Source of the DNA: Candidatus Babelota bacterium
GTDB lineage: Bacteria; Babelota; Babeliae; Babelales; UASB340
Assembly (NCBI GenBank): GCA_014730005.1
Contig: WJIY01000035.1
Location: 8,997-72,996 of the forward strand
Length of the DNA: 64,000 nucleotides
Direction: 5' to 3'
Each line of letters opens with the position of its first letter. Position 1 is the stretch's first letter. A program made the position numbers and the translations under genes. Of the stretch, positions 1 through 9,573 are shown in pieces. The notes below the pieces were generated by a model, which was not told the origin of the DNA, searched no databases, and was given only the letters and a program-made list of their open reading frames with translations.

Positions 1-291
1 ATCTTCAGGAATGCCTAATTGCTTTGCTCTAATTTTTGTTACCTCATCATTTCGCCCACTTAAAAAAGCAAAATCTAAAATATTTTTTTTTAAAGATCTA
101 TCAATTATAAAACCATCTTGAACCGAAAAAGCTTTACACAAAAAATCAGGAGAGAGATAAATCTGAGCATCTGTTAAAGCTCCATCAATATCACAAATTA
201 TTAATTTTATATTTTTTATTTTTTTTATTAAATCGTTATTTTTTAAACATTGTAAAAACCAATTTTTATCAATTTCCGACTGATTAAACAC
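1..291 (-). CDS. kdsC: KdsC-like HAD phosphatase (3-deoxy-D-manno-octulosonate 8-phosphate phosphatase), N-terminal part; continues beyond window edge
   Basis: Not in the ORF track (GTG start, open at window edge). My minus-strand translation is VFNQSEIDKNWFLQCLKNNDLIKKIKNIKLIICDIDGALTDAQIYLSPDFLCKAFSVQDGFIIDRSLKKNILDFAFLSGRNDEVTKIRAKQLGIPED. It has the DxDG HAD motif I plus KAFxVxDG and SGR blocks as in KdsC. AAGGAG lies 6 nt upstream of the GTG at 291..289. Confidence 0.7.
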   Translation of the reverse strand, partial: MFNQSEIDKNWFLQCLKNNDLIKKIKNIKLIICDIDGALTDAQIYLSPDFLCKAFSVQDGFIIDRSLKKNILDFAFLSGRNDEVTKIRAKQLGIPED

Positions 292-315
292 AAAAAACTC
301 CTTTTTAGTGAACAG

Positions 316-1005
316 TTACTTGTATAAAATTTTTTCCAATTCCTGTTCTGCCTGATCATAATGCTCTATATATCCATGCACATTAGAAATTATATCTTCG
401 TTAAATTCATTTTTAACAGCTATGCATTTAATCCCTGCGTTTTTAGCTGCTTGAAATCCAACATGCGAATCTTCAAAAATAATACACTGATCAGGATTTA
501 CATTTAATTTTTTAGCAGTATATAAAAATATTGCAGGATCAGGTTTAGCTTTATTATTAACGTGTTCCATAGTATAAATATTTTTTCCAAAAAAATTATT
601 CAACTTAATTTTTTTATTTAAAATATCACAAGTTTCAATTGTTGCATTTGTAGCCAATCCCGAAGCTATTCCTTTTTCTTGCAATCTTTTATGAAAAGCC
701 GTAAAACCCTCTACAAAATCAACTTTTTTATTTGTAAAATAATTTTTTATAAATTCTGTTTTTTGAATTAAAAGATCTTCAATTGAACCTTTAAGATTTA
801 ATTCTTTTTTAAAAATAGAAATAGTCTTATATAAGCCAGCACTGCTATTTTGTTTTAAAAGATTTATTTGATTCTCATTTAATTGATTAATACCTTTTGA
901 TCTTAAAAAACTCTGGATAATATCTTTCCATATATGTTCTGTTTTAATTATTGTGCCATCCATATCAAATATGACAGCTTTAATTTTTTCTTTGATTCTA
1001 TTCAT
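316..1005 (-). CDS. HAD-IA family hydrolase (beta-phosphoglucomutase-like phosphatase)
   Basis: HAD motifs are present: VIFDMDGTII (motif I), GLATNA (motif II), K..PDP and FEDSHVGFQAAKNAG (motifs III/IV). Confidence 0.8.
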   Translation of the reverse strand: MNRIKEKIKAVIFDMDGTIIKTEHIWKDIIQSFLRSKGINQLNENQINLLKQNSSAGLYKTISIFKKELNLKGSIEDLLIQKTEFIKNYFTNKKVDFVEGFTAFHKRLQEKGIASGLATNATIETCDILNKKIKLNNFFGKNIYTMEHVNNKAKPDPAIFLYTAKKLNVNPDQCIIFEDSHVGFQAAKNAGIKCIAVKNEFNEDIISNVHGYIEHYDQAEQELEKILYK

Positions 1006-1322
1006 ATAAATTACCTCCCCACATTTTTAAATGCTAAAACTTGAAGTAAAAAATTACAATATTTGAATAAAATATGCAATAAATGCCTGGAACTACACAA
1101 TTTTAACTATAAAATTTAATATTAGTTGTATACCATAATATCAATTATTATTTACATTTTATTCTATTTGTCAAAAGGTAGATTTCGGATTAGATAAAAA
1201 ACTTCATTTTTTATGGATTTTTTAGCATTTTTTGCTAGATTTATTTTGTTTTTTAGGTTGATATCTTAACTAAAATAATTAAAAAAAGAAACAAGGAGAA
1301 ACTTTTGAGGAGAACTTAAAAT

Positions 1323-2009
1323 ATGCAACATCTTGCTATAATTCCTGATGGAAACCGAAGGTGGGCAAAAAATCATAAATTACAATCTTTTATGGGACAC
1401 AAAAAAGGCATGGAAGCTTTTGATATAGCAATAAAATTTTGCATAAAAAATAATATCAAATATCTATCTGTTTACACTTTTTCACTAGAAAATTTCAAAC
1501 GAACAGAAAAAGAAAAATCTTATCTTTTTGAACTTTTGATCAATGAATCTAAAAAAAAGCTTCCTGAATTTATAAAAAATGAAATACGAATTAAATTTAT
1601 CGGCAATAAGAATTTTTTTCCAAAAAACGTTACCCCCACAATTAATAAACTTGAAAATGAAACAAAAACTTTCAAAAAACTTAATTTAAACTTATTGTTT
1701 TGCTATAGTTCAAAAAATGAAATTGTAAATGCTACAAAAGCTATTTCAAAAAAAGTTAAAGCTGGTATTTTAGATCCTGAAGAAATAAATGAGGAAAAAA
1801 TTAAAAGTTTTTTATGGACAGGTAATATACCCGACCCAGATCTTATAATACGCACAAGCTCACGGTTAAGATTAAGCAATTTTTTACTATATCAATCCGC
1901 TTATAGCGAATATATGTTTCTTGATTGTTACTGGCCTGAAATAACTACAACAAATTTACAAGAATGTTTAGATAAATTTAACCAAATAAAAAGAAACTTT
2001 GGAAGGTAG
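1323..2009 (+). CDS. uppS: Undecaprenyl-diphosphate synthase (cis-prenyltransferase)
   Basis: IIPDGNRRWA and IRTSSRLRLSNFLLYQSAYSEYMF..WPE blocks are diagnostic of the UppS family. Confidence 0.9.
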   Translation: MQHLAIIPDGNRRWAKNHKLQSFMGHKKGMEAFDIAIKFCIKNNIKYLSVYTFSLENFKRTEKEKSYLFELLINESKKKLPEFIKNEIRIKFIGNKNFFPKNVTPTINKLENETKTFKKLNLNLLFCYSSKNEIVNATKAISKKVKAGILDPEEINEEKIKSFLWTGNIPDPDLIIRTSSRLRLSNFLLYQSAYSEYMFLDCYWPEITTTNLQECLDKFNQIKRNFGR

Positions 2010-2014
2010 TAAAT

Positions 2015-3004
2015 ATGAATAAAACTGTTTCTATGATCGGTGCAGGTTCTTTTGGTACAGCAATGTCAACTTTATTAGCTCAAAATAATTATAATGTTAA
2101 TTTATGGTGTTATGACCGAAAAGCTTACGATTCAATAAAACACAAACGAGAAAATGAAAAATATTTGCCAGGAATACAATTAAACACAAAAATAGAACCA
2201 TTTCTTAATTTACAGGAGGCATTAGCAAATAGCCAATACATCTTTCAAGCTGTGCCAGTAAAATATCTTCGTTCTGTTTTTGATGAGGTTGAAAAATACA
2301 TATCTAATGACCAAATTATAGTAACATTAAGCAAAGGAATAGAAGAAGGAACATTATTTTTGCCTTCACAAATCATTAGTCATATTTTAGGTAATAAAAT
2401 TAAAATAGCTGTTATGTCTGGTCCTAATTTTGCACATGAAATAGCTAGAAATTTTTATTCTGTAACAACAATTGCCTCCCAAGATGAAAATGTTTTAAAG
2501 GAATTAAAACAAATTTTATCAAATGAATTTTTTAAACCAATCATTTCTAAAGATATAATTGGAACACAAATAGGCGGCGCAATTAAAAATATTATCGCTT
2601 TAGCAATTGGATTGATACAAAATTCCACAAGCAAAAGCAACCAGAATGCAAAAGCTTTTATTTTAACCCAAGCATTAAATGAAATGGCACAAATAAGTGA
2701 ATGTTTTGGTGGCAAAAAAGAAACAGTTTATCAAAATTCTGGACTCGGCGATTTAATTTTAACAACAACAGGACAATTAAGCCGAAATTTAAAAGCAGGA
2801 GAACTTTTAAGTAAAGGTAAAACTTTAAAAGATTTAGATTTAGAATTTGATACACTTCCTGAAGGTTTAAACACTGTAATATCTATTTTTAACTTAATAC
2901 AAAAATGCAAATTAGACCTTCCAATTTGCCTTGAAACTTACCAAACCATTTTTGAAAATCAAAAAGTGCAAGATATGGTTAAAGACATTTTCAAGGCCTG
3001 TTAA
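2015..3004 (+). CDS. gpsA: NAD(P)H-dependent glycerol-3-phosphate dehydrogenase
   Basis: N-terminal GAGSFGTA Rossmann motif, plus NEKYLPG, SKGIE, GPNFAHEIA and GGAIKNIIALAIG blocks. Confidence 0.9.
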   Translation: MNKTVSMIGAGSFGTAMSTLLAQNNYNVNLWCYDRKAYDSIKHKRENEKYLPGIQLNTKIEPFLNLQEALANSQYIFQAVPVKYLRSVFDEVEKYISNDQIIVTLSKGIEEGTLFLPSQIISHILGNKIKIAVMSGPNFAHEIARNFYSVTTIASQDENVLKELKQILSNEFFKPIISKDIIGTQIGGAIKNIIALAIGLIQNSTSKSNQNAKAFILTQALNEMAQISECFGGKKETVYQNSGLGDLILTTTGQLSRNLKAGELLSKGKTLKDLDLEFDTLPEGLNTVISIFNLIQKCKLDLPICLETYQTIFENQKVQDMVKDIFKAC

Positions 3005-3707
3005 ATACTTTAAAAAACTCTTTTTTAATTAAAAAATCTCGTTTATTTGGTTTTACAAAAATTAAATCTTGAATTTTAATTCTGCCAAAATTTTTTAATA
3101 TGTAAGGTTTTAATTCGTATTCCAAAAAATTACCTAAGCCTCTTTTGCTTTTAAGAAAATTAAAATCATATAAAAAAATATTTCCTTCAGGGTTACGTGA
3201 AATCAACAATTTATTTTTACCTGAACATAAGGTGATATTTTTTGAACAAAAATCATTATAAAAAAAATAAAAATTGATAAAAAAAATCAAACTTATAAAA
3301 GCAACGATTCTTCTATATGCAAACCTATTTAAATAGTCGTTTGATAAAATAATTAAAACAACCAAAGGAATCAAAATTAAAAATAAAAAATTTGGTTCTG
3401 AAAACCCAAAAAGCCATGAATCAAAACTTAAATTCAAAAAATACTGCCATAATTGAACTAATTTTTCAAAACAATATATCAACCTATCATTGGGAATATT
3501 TAAAATTTGTGTAAAAAATAATAAAGAACTTAAAATTAAAAACATTGTCAAAAACGGTAAAAAAATTAAATTACCCAATAAACTTAATTTAGAAATAGGC
3601 AAACCCCAAGCAATTAAAATTGGCAATGAAATAATAATTATAAAAAGTTGAATTTGTACAAACTTAGATAAAAAAAATAATATTTTATAAAAGATTATTT
3701 TTAACAT
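2991..3707 (-). CDS. ComEC/Rec2-like polytopic membrane protein, short and degenerate (possible remnant)
   Basis: 238 aa. PISKLSLLGNLIFLPFLTMFLILSSLLFF resembles the last TM helices of the ComEC competence domain. The C-terminal part resembles the start of the ComEC metallo-beta-lactamase domain, but its metal-binding motifs are replaced (CSGKNK where DVGQGD is expected, VKPNKRD where THxHxDH is expected). The gene overlaps the gpsA 3' end by 14 nt (convergent). Confidence 0.4.
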   Translation of the reverse strand: MLKIIFYKILFFLSKFVQIQLFIIIISLPILIAWGLPISKLSLLGNLIFLPFLTMFLILSSLLFFTQILNIPNDRLIYCFEKLVQLWQYFLNLSFDSWLFGFSEPNFLFLILIPLVVLIILSNDYLNRFAYRRIVAFISLIFFINFYFFYNDFCSKNITLCSGKNKLLISRNPEGNIFLYDFNFLKSKRGLGNFLEYELKPYILKNFGRIKIQDLIFVKPNKRDFLIKKEFFKVFNRP

Positions 3708-3721
3708 AAAATGAAATTAAA

Positions 3722-4495
3722 TTAATCTTTGGGAAAAGAAATATAAAGATTTTTCCAAAAAATATTTGAACTTCCAGATTGTGGCGGTTTTTTAACTCTT
3801 TCTTTCAAAAAATTATATACTTTTTCCAAATAGCGTTTCTGGTTTTCTTCCTCATCATCAAGTTTTATTTTTTTTGAAAATTCAATAATTTTTTTAGAAT
3901 AAAAAGCCATCATTTCATGTAATATTTTAATACTTTGACTATCCGTTAAATTTGAATTTTTTAATTCTTTATCAAATTGCAACGGAGAATCTAAATTTTT
4001 TTCATAAAAAAATAAAAGTAACGTATTTAAGGATTCGAATGTATTTTGATTTACAAGAAAATTTGTAACACAACAACGTGAAATTATTGTTGGCAAAACC
4101 GAATTAATATTATCTGAAAGCAATATAAAATTATAACCCTTGGCAGGCTCTTCTAAAACTTTCAATAACCTATTGGCACAAGCTAAATTTAAATTTTGAA
4201 CATCTTGCAGTATGAAAAAAAATTTTTGATCCGCATCTAATTTAAAATTAATTTTTTCAAAGATTACTTCTATATCTTTTACCGTATAATCCTTTTTAGG
4301 ATTTATAAAAACAATAAATTCATGTTGTTGAGATTTTATTTTTCTACATTGATTACAAAAACATTTTAAGCTAACTTCATTTTCTTTTTTATTAATGCAA
4401 AAATTTTTTTGCAATAAAAGCTCTGCTTTTTCAAAAATAAAATCACTTGGACCAACAAAAAGATGTGTTTGCATTGACGAATTTTCATTTAACAT
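3722..4495 (-). CDS. holB: DNA polymerase III subunit delta'
   Basis: ANRLLKVLEEP and ISRC (SRC motif) are present, with a Cys cluster CFCNQC and a degenerate P-loop region, as is typical of delta'. Confidence 0.85.
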   Translation of the reverse strand: MLNENSSMQTHLFVGPSDFIFEKAELLLQKNFCINKKENEVSLKCFCNQCRKIKSQQHEFIVFINPKKDYTVKDIEVIFEKINFKLDADQKFFFILQDVQNLNLACANRLLKVLEEPAKGYNFILLSDNINSVLPTIISRCCVTNFLVNQNTFESLNTLLLFFYEKNLDSPLQFDKELKNSNLTDSQSIKILHEMMAFYSKKIIEFSKKIKLDDEEENQKRYLEKVYNFLKERVKKPPQSGSSNIFWKNLYISFPKD

Positions 4496-4521
4496 AAAAT
4501 AATCAAAATAATATTTTTAAT

Positions 4522-5013
4522 TTATCGAACCACCCAAACAATAATTTGTAAAAATATATTGCAAATTACGCCAGTTACTACATCACCTGCCAAAATACCC
4601 AACCCAAATGGCAATTCATTAATTCTTTTACCCAAAGTTTTACAAAATAAAAACGGTCTAAAAAAATTAACCACATGAAAAAAAACAAAACCAAATAACA
4701 TCAGTTTCCAACGTAAAGGAATAAAAGCAAAAGTAAGCATCATACCAATAACTTTATCGAGTACTATATTTGATGGATATTCATCACTTATAAAATGAAG
4801 AGCAAAAGATATAATTACAATAGAAAAAACCACCACCAAACCTATAAACCAATAAAAAATTGTTGAATTTATATCATATAAAATCCTTCCCAAAAATAAT
4901 ATCGGAAAAGCAGCAAGTGAAGATAAAAACATACCTAAAGTTGATTGTCCTAATCTTCCAAAACTTGCAAGTTTAAAACTAATTTCTTTTATTTTTTGAA
5001 ATATAAACATCAA
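4522..5013 (-). CDS. pgpA: Phosphatidylglycerophosphatase A-like membrane protein
   Basis: Small polytopic protein. DKVIGMM and C-terminal FGLGILAGDVVTGVI resemble the PgpA blocks (DE..G and G.G...DD..AG). The start is uncertain because it overlaps lspA. Confidence 0.6.
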   Translation of the reverse strand: MMFIFQKIKEISFKLASFGRLGQSTLGMFLSSLAAFPILFLGRILYDINSTIFYWFIGLVVVFSIVIISFALHFISDEYPSNIVLDKVIGMMLTFAFIPLRWKLMLFGFVFFHVVNFFRPFLFCKTLGKRINELPFGLGILAGDVVTGVICNIFLQIIVWVVR

Positions 5014-5470
5014 AAAAATATCTCCCTAAAATTCCAAAAACTCCAATTACTATAAAAACATCAGCCAAATTAAAAACAGGCCAATGCCAATTTCCTACAT
5101 GAAAATCTAAAAAATCAACAACGCCTCTATAAAAAAATCTATCATAAACATTCGAAAATGCTCCTGCAAAAATTAAAACTTCAAAAAAAATATCATTCCC
5201 CTTTTTAAAAGCTTTATATGTATGAACAAAAAAAAGATAGATCATAAATAAAATGATAAAAGATAAAAAATTAAATTTAATTGCAGATTCAAAACTAAAT
5301 AATCCCCACGAAACACCTCTATTCCAAACTAAAGTCAAATTAAAATGATCAAATACTTTAATATCTTTTGCAATTAAATTGCGTAAAGCCCAAATCTTTG
5401 TTAATCGATCTATGATAAATGCAGAAACAAATATTAGAAAATAAACTATTACTTTAAGTTTTTTGTTCAT
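4979..5470 (-). CDS. lspA: Lipoprotein signal peptidase (signal peptidase II)
   Basis: NRGVSWGLF, FSNVYDR and FNLADVFIVIG blocks carry the catalytic Asp residues of LspA. Confidence 0.9.
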   Translation of the reverse strand: MNKKLKVIVYFLIFVSAFIIDRLTKIWALRNLIAKDIKVFDHFNLTLVWNRGVSWGLFSFESAIKFNFLSFIILFMIYLFFVHTYKAFKKGNDIFFEVLIFAGAFSNVYDRFFYRGVVDFLDFHVGNWHWPVFNLADVFIVIGVFGILGRYFFDVYISKNKRN

Positions 5471-7869
5471 CTTAAACTTGCACCAACTTTTTCAACCGAT
5501 TTTATTGACTTTTTCCAAACTGCATCAATTTCATCTTTTTCCAAGGTTTTCTTTTCGCTATTTAACCAAATTCTAAAAGTCAAGGATCGTTTATCAAGCC
5601 AATCCTCTTTTTCAAAAAAATCTATAAGTTTTACCTTTATCACCAAAACATCAACTTTGTCTAAAATGCTTTCTATTTTTTTAGTTGTTAAATCAAGAGG
5701 AACAAACATGCTTAAATCAAAATATGTTTCTTGATATTTTGGTAACCCATCAAATTTTTTAACTTTAGATACGTAGTCAATTAAAAAATCTGCATTTAAT
5801 TCAAAAAAGAATGCATCACTTTCAGATAATACATCAAGTTTGCTTAAAAATAATGGATCAACTTTACCTAAAATTCCTAATTTAACTTTATCATAATAAA
5901 TATACGCAGATTGATATTTAATACACCATGCATTTTTAGGTTTATCTATTTTTACAAAATTCAATATATCTGTATTAATTCCTACAAGTGAAAGCATACC
6001 TGTTATATAAGCTTTGCATTGATAAAAATCCACATTTTTACGTTTCTCAAAAAATACTCCGGCTATTTTTTTTATTTCTTTTATTCCAGATCTTTCCTTT
6101 AAACCTCCTGTACTCCAAATCTTTGCCATCTCAAAAAAACGAAGTCTATCTTGTTCATGAAAATTATCTTGAATATTTTTAAATAATCCAGGTAATAACG
6201 AAGAAACTAGTCGTTTGGCATTTTGAGAAACAGGATTTACAATCTCAGCAGCCGATTCTATGTTTTGCAATTTAACAGATTCCAAAAAATTTTCATCAAA
6301 AAATGCATAATTTCTTTGTTCTATCATTTTTGCACATTCAACTAGATAATTTTTAATTTTTCTTTGTTTAAAAATTCGATTTAAAACCGAGGGTTGTTTT
6401 TTAAAGCAAGGCAATGACAAAGCAATCTTATCTAATCCAAAAAATCGGACAATTTCTTCTAAAATATCCTCTTTAGTTTGAACATCTTTACACGACCTAA
6501 ATGTTGGAATTGTAATTGTATAAATATAATTTCTTGTTAATTGCAAATCACCAATTTGTTTTTGAATATCTTCAATTAATTTTTTTTCAACTTTAAAACC
6601 TAATCTTTGTAATGGATAAATAATATCATAATCATCATCCAGTTTTAATCCTGAACGTTTTTGAAAATATTCATGTTCAACCTGTATTGTTTTTTCCTCA
6701 ATTGGAATTCCCACAGATAAAATTCTATTAGCACTATTCAACTCAATTCCATAAAGTTTTGCCAATCTTAAAAATCTCAAAATTCCATGAATATTTTGAT
6801 TAGGATCTAAAGTTTTTTCAAAACGAATCGAAGATTCTGTTCTACATTTATGTCGCAACGCTGTTCTTCTAACAACTGCAGCATCAAAATTTGCCGACTC
6901 AAAAAAAATATTTTTTGTATTCTGCTGGATAATAGAATCAATTCCACCCATAACACCTGCCAAACAAAGTGGTTTGTTTTCATCTGCAATAACTAAATCT
7001 TTTTCTGATAGTTTAATTTCATTTTCATCCAATAAAGTTATTTTTTCACCCTTTTCCGCCATTCTTACAATAATTGATCTGCCTTCAATGTTTTCAACAT
7101 CATAAACATGAACCGGTTGCGACCAATCAAGGGTAAGATAATTAGTTAAATCAATAAGTCCATTTATCGGACGAACACCAACTTTTATTAATCTGCTAAA
7201 TATAAAAATATTAGTTGGCTTATTTTGAACGGAATTAAAATAAATTCCTGCAAATCTTTTACAAGCATTTTCAGCTTTTACTTCAATTGAAATAGGATTT
7301 TGCTCAGTCGCTTTAGCCTTTTTTTGATATGTATCAACAGATTTTGTTTGAACAAGTTTATTTGCATCAATAAAATCTAAATTTAAAAAAGCTGCAATTT
7401 CTCTTGCAAACCCTCTATGCCCCCACATATCAGGACGATGCGTAATTGATTTATTATCAACCTCAATAATAACATCTTGTGTTTCAAAATATTTTTTCCA
7501 CTCTCCCTTTAAATCTTGTTGTTGTATATCAAGAGCTGGAACATAACCATCTTTATCTAATCCAAAATCTGATAACTTCGCCCATTCAATTTTTTTTTCT
7601 CTTCTTCTAACCATGAAAATTAGATTTTCTTTAAAATCTTCTCTTGAGGGTAAATCACATTTTATTTTCCACTCTGGTATTTCAATTTTTAACCTATTGT
7701 TTATTTTTGTAATTTTTCCTAATGCAAAATCTTTAAGATCAAAATCAATCTTATAATAATTCTCGATTTCAGCAGAAATCTTATTAAATTTAGAAATTAA
7801 TTCATCTATATTCTGTTTTTTCCAATTAGCATTTATATGATCAAAAATCCAAGAAATCGAAAGTTTCAT
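5467..7869 (-). CDS. pheT: Phenylalanine--tRNA ligase beta subunit
   Basis: 800 aa. It has the HRPDMWGHRGFAREIAA block, a B3/4-B5 core and a C-terminal FDX-ACB-like domain (SLTFRIWL). No pheS is adjacent. Confidence 0.9.
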   Translation of the reverse strand: MKLSISWIFDHINANWKKQNIDELISKFNKISAEIENYYKIDFDLKDFALGKITKINNRLKIEIPEWKIKCDLPSREDFKENLIFMVRRREKKIEWAKLSDFGLDKDGYVPALDIQQQDLKGEWKKYFETQDVIIEVDNKSITHRPDMWGHRGFAREIAAFLNLDFIDANKLVQTKSVDTYQKKAKATEQNPISIEVKAENACKRFAGIYFNSVQNKPTNIFIFSRLIKVGVRPINGLIDLTNYLTLDWSQPVHVYDVENIEGRSIIVRMAEKGEKITLLDENEIKLSEKDLVIADENKPLCLAGVMGGIDSIIQQNTKNIFFESANFDAAVVRRTALRHKCRTESSIRFEKTLDPNQNIHGILRFLRLAKLYGIELNSANRILSVGIPIEEKTIQVEHEYFQKRSGLKLDDDYDIIYPLQRLGFKVEKKLIEDIQKQIGDLQLTRNYIYTITIPTFRSCKDVQTKEDILEEIVRFFGLDKIALSLPCFKKQPSVLNRIFKQRKIKNYLVECAKMIEQRNYAFFDENFLESVKLQNIESAAEIVNPVSQNAKRLVSSLLPGLFKNIQDNFHEQDRLRFFEMAKIWSTGGLKERSGIKEIKKIAGVFFEKRKNVDFYQCKAYITGMLSLVGINTDILNFVKIDKPKNAWCIKYQSAYIYYDKVKLGILGKVDPLFLSKLDVLSESDAFFFELNADFLIDYVSKVKKFDGLPKYQETYFDLSMFVPLDLTTKKIESILDKVDVLVIKVKLIDFFEKEDWLDKRSLTFRIWLNSEKKTLEKDEIDAVWKKSIKSVEKVGASLR

Positions 7870-7980
7870 AATTAAACCGCCTTGAATAATTTAGAAAAAA
7901 TTATGGATCTATATTGATTTAACAATGCCTCATAAACAAAAAAACGTCAATTTTTTAGTTTTTTTTGCTTTGTTTTTTCA

Positions 7981-8006
7981 TTTTTGCCTTTAAATAAAGG
8001 CAAAAA
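7981..8006. promoter_or_regulatory. 26-nt palindrome (11-bp arms, 4-nt centre) abutting a candidate promoter in a divergent intergenic region
   Basis: In TTTTTGCCTTTAAATAAAGGCAAAAA, arms TTTTTGCCTTT and AAAGGCAAAAA pair perfectly. It sits between divergent pheT (-) and the 8153 ORF (+), so it is unlikely to be a terminator. It may be an operator. Confidence 0.3.
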
Positions 8007-8007
8007 T

Positions 8008-8036
8008 TTGACATTATTAAAAATAATACATATATT
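8008..8036 (+). promoter_or_regulatory. Candidate sigma-70 promoter for the 8153 ORF
   Basis: TTGACA (8008..8013), a 17-nt spacer, then TATATT (8031..8036). AT-rich DNA produces many -10-like hexamers, so confidence is modest. Confidence 0.35.
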
Positions 8037-8152
8037 AATTGTTAATAATAATTTCATTAAGAATTTATATCGCTAGTTATCTATCCAGAAAAGTTGTTAT
8101 AGTTTTCCAACTTATATAAATACATGTTAATAAATACATAAAGGATGTTATT

Positions 8153-8995
8153 ATGAATAGAATTAATTTATTAAATAATAAAAATATAATTTTTTTATTT
8201 CTAATTTTGCAAATCGCTCAAATATTCAATATAAATGCCATTCGCAATGATGATCAACAAAATAATAGCGATTCCATACATTTTCATATCCAAGCTATTG
8301 ATACTACTAATCTTGATATTGATAGTCTTGTATCATTTTTAAGGATTCAAGAGAGAATTGATTGGACAATAAATACATATAATGAAATTTCATCAATGGT
8401 AAATACAAATGAAATTTCATCTATAGCACAAAATTTACAAATTATTATAGATCAATTAGTTAAGATAATCGAAACATTATCATGGGGCGAGATAGCTAAA
8501 GACAATCCTGTGCGAAGAACGGAGAATCCTTTTTTAACTACAGAAGAGTTCTGTTCTATTTTAGAAATTTGCAAATCAAAATTAACACTCCTAATAAATC
8601 AATTAAGTCAGCAGGATTTAACTAAAAATTTATTAACTTTTGCGATAATAAAACTGATTGGTAGAAAAAATTTTGTGGCAATTTTATATGTTACTCAGCA
8701 TTTTAAAGATAAAATAAATTTTGAAATAGATTTAGAAACAAATTTTAAAGAAATTTTTCCTTCAATAAATACCAATCCATATATTATTCATTTGAATAAC
8801 ATTAAAGCAAATTTAAATATATTTAAACGTTGGATTTACAATAATTATTATTTACCCGAAGCACCCAATTTAATACAATATGCTAAATTCTGTTCTACTG
8901 AAAAAGAAAATAATAAAGAAGGTTATGATATATTGAAATTATTGTATCGATCATATTATCGTAATACAATACCTCCCATAGAATTTCATTCCTAA
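8153..8995 (+). CDS. Hypothetical protein with N-terminal signal/anchor sequence
   Basis: Long ORF (280 aa) with a hydrophobic N-terminus (IIFLFLILQIAQIF). I recognise no family motif. Confidence 0.55.
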   Translation: MNRINLLNNKNIIFLFLILQIAQIFNINAIRNDDQQNNSDSIHFHIQAIDTTNLDIDSLVSFLRIQERIDWTINTYNEISSMVNTNEISSIAQNLQIIIDQLVKIIETLSWGEIAKDNPVRRTENPFLTTEEFCSILEICKSKLTLLINQLSQQDLTKNLLTFAIIKLIGRKNFVAILYVTQHFKDKINFEIDLETNFKEIFPSINTNPYIIHLNNIKANLNIFKRWIYNNYYLPEAPNLIQYAKFCSTEKENNKEGYDILKLLYRSYYRNTIPPIEFHS

Positions 8996-9080
8996 CTTGA
9001 ATACAAAACCATAATCCTAAATATATCCCGAGCTCGCGTTAAATAAGTCTTTATAAAATAATTTTAATTTATCAATGAAA

Positions 9081-9220
9081 GAATAAAATATGTTTATTAA
9101 AAATAAAACTCGTTTAATCGTTTTATTTTTTACATTGTTGATTCCAACAATCTCTTTTGCAAAAAATAATCTTAATTTATCAAATGATGAACGCAAAATA
9201 TTATTTAAAGCTATGGAAGA
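9081..9220 (+). repeat. 140-nt direct repeat, copy 1 (RBS region plus first 44 codons of paralogue A)
   Basis: Hand alignment to 9574..9713 shows 138/140 identical positions (g/a and t/c differences). Identity stops abruptly after ...GCTATGGAAGA. Confidence 0.95.
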
Positions 9221-9572
9221 CCCAAATTCCAATTTATTTCAAAATATTGAATACGTACTAAATAAACAAGCTTTAACAATATTTAAATCGTTTCAATCTA
9301 TCTTAAAACAAATTTTAATTTTAGGTTCTTCAATAACACTAGGATTTGAAACATTTTTCATAATAGATTTTATTGGAAATAAAATAACTTCTCAAAAAAA
9401 TAAATTACATGTAATATCTGAAAATGAACCTCAACCATGTAGAATCGATAAAAATATTATACCATCACTTGTAGAATTAATCGTTCTTATATCAATTTAT
9501 GATATAACATTAAATATAATTTTTAAATCAAAAAATAATAATGATCAAAACATCAAAAACAATCAAATTTGA
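9090..9572 (+). CDS. Small signal-peptide membrane protein, tandem family member A
   Basis: Signal peptide ending ISFA|K, a central TM (ILILGSSITLGFETFFII) and a C-terminal TM with the conserved ELIVLISIYDITLNIIFKSKNNND block shared with members C and D. Confidence 0.7.
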   Translation: MFIKNKTRLIVLFFTLLIPTISFAKNNLNLSNDERKILFKAMEDPNSNLFQNIEYVLNKQALTIFKSFQSILKQILILGSSITLGFETFFIIDFIGNKITSQKNKLHVISENEPQPCRIDKNIIPSLVELIVLISIYDITLNIIFKSKNNNDQNIKNNQI

Positions 9573-9573
9573 G

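Noticed and set aside
2455-2855. ORFs 2455..2715 and 2658..2855 on the minus strand inside gpsA
   Set aside because: They are antisense shadow ORFs inside a gene with strong GpsA motifs. Their products are low-complexity and hydrophobic, as expected from AT-rich antisense frames.
9029-9036. A GC-rich 8-bp palindrome CGAGCTCG downstream of the 8153 ORF
   Set aside because: It is too short to be meaningful, and no T tract or longer stem makes it a terminator.
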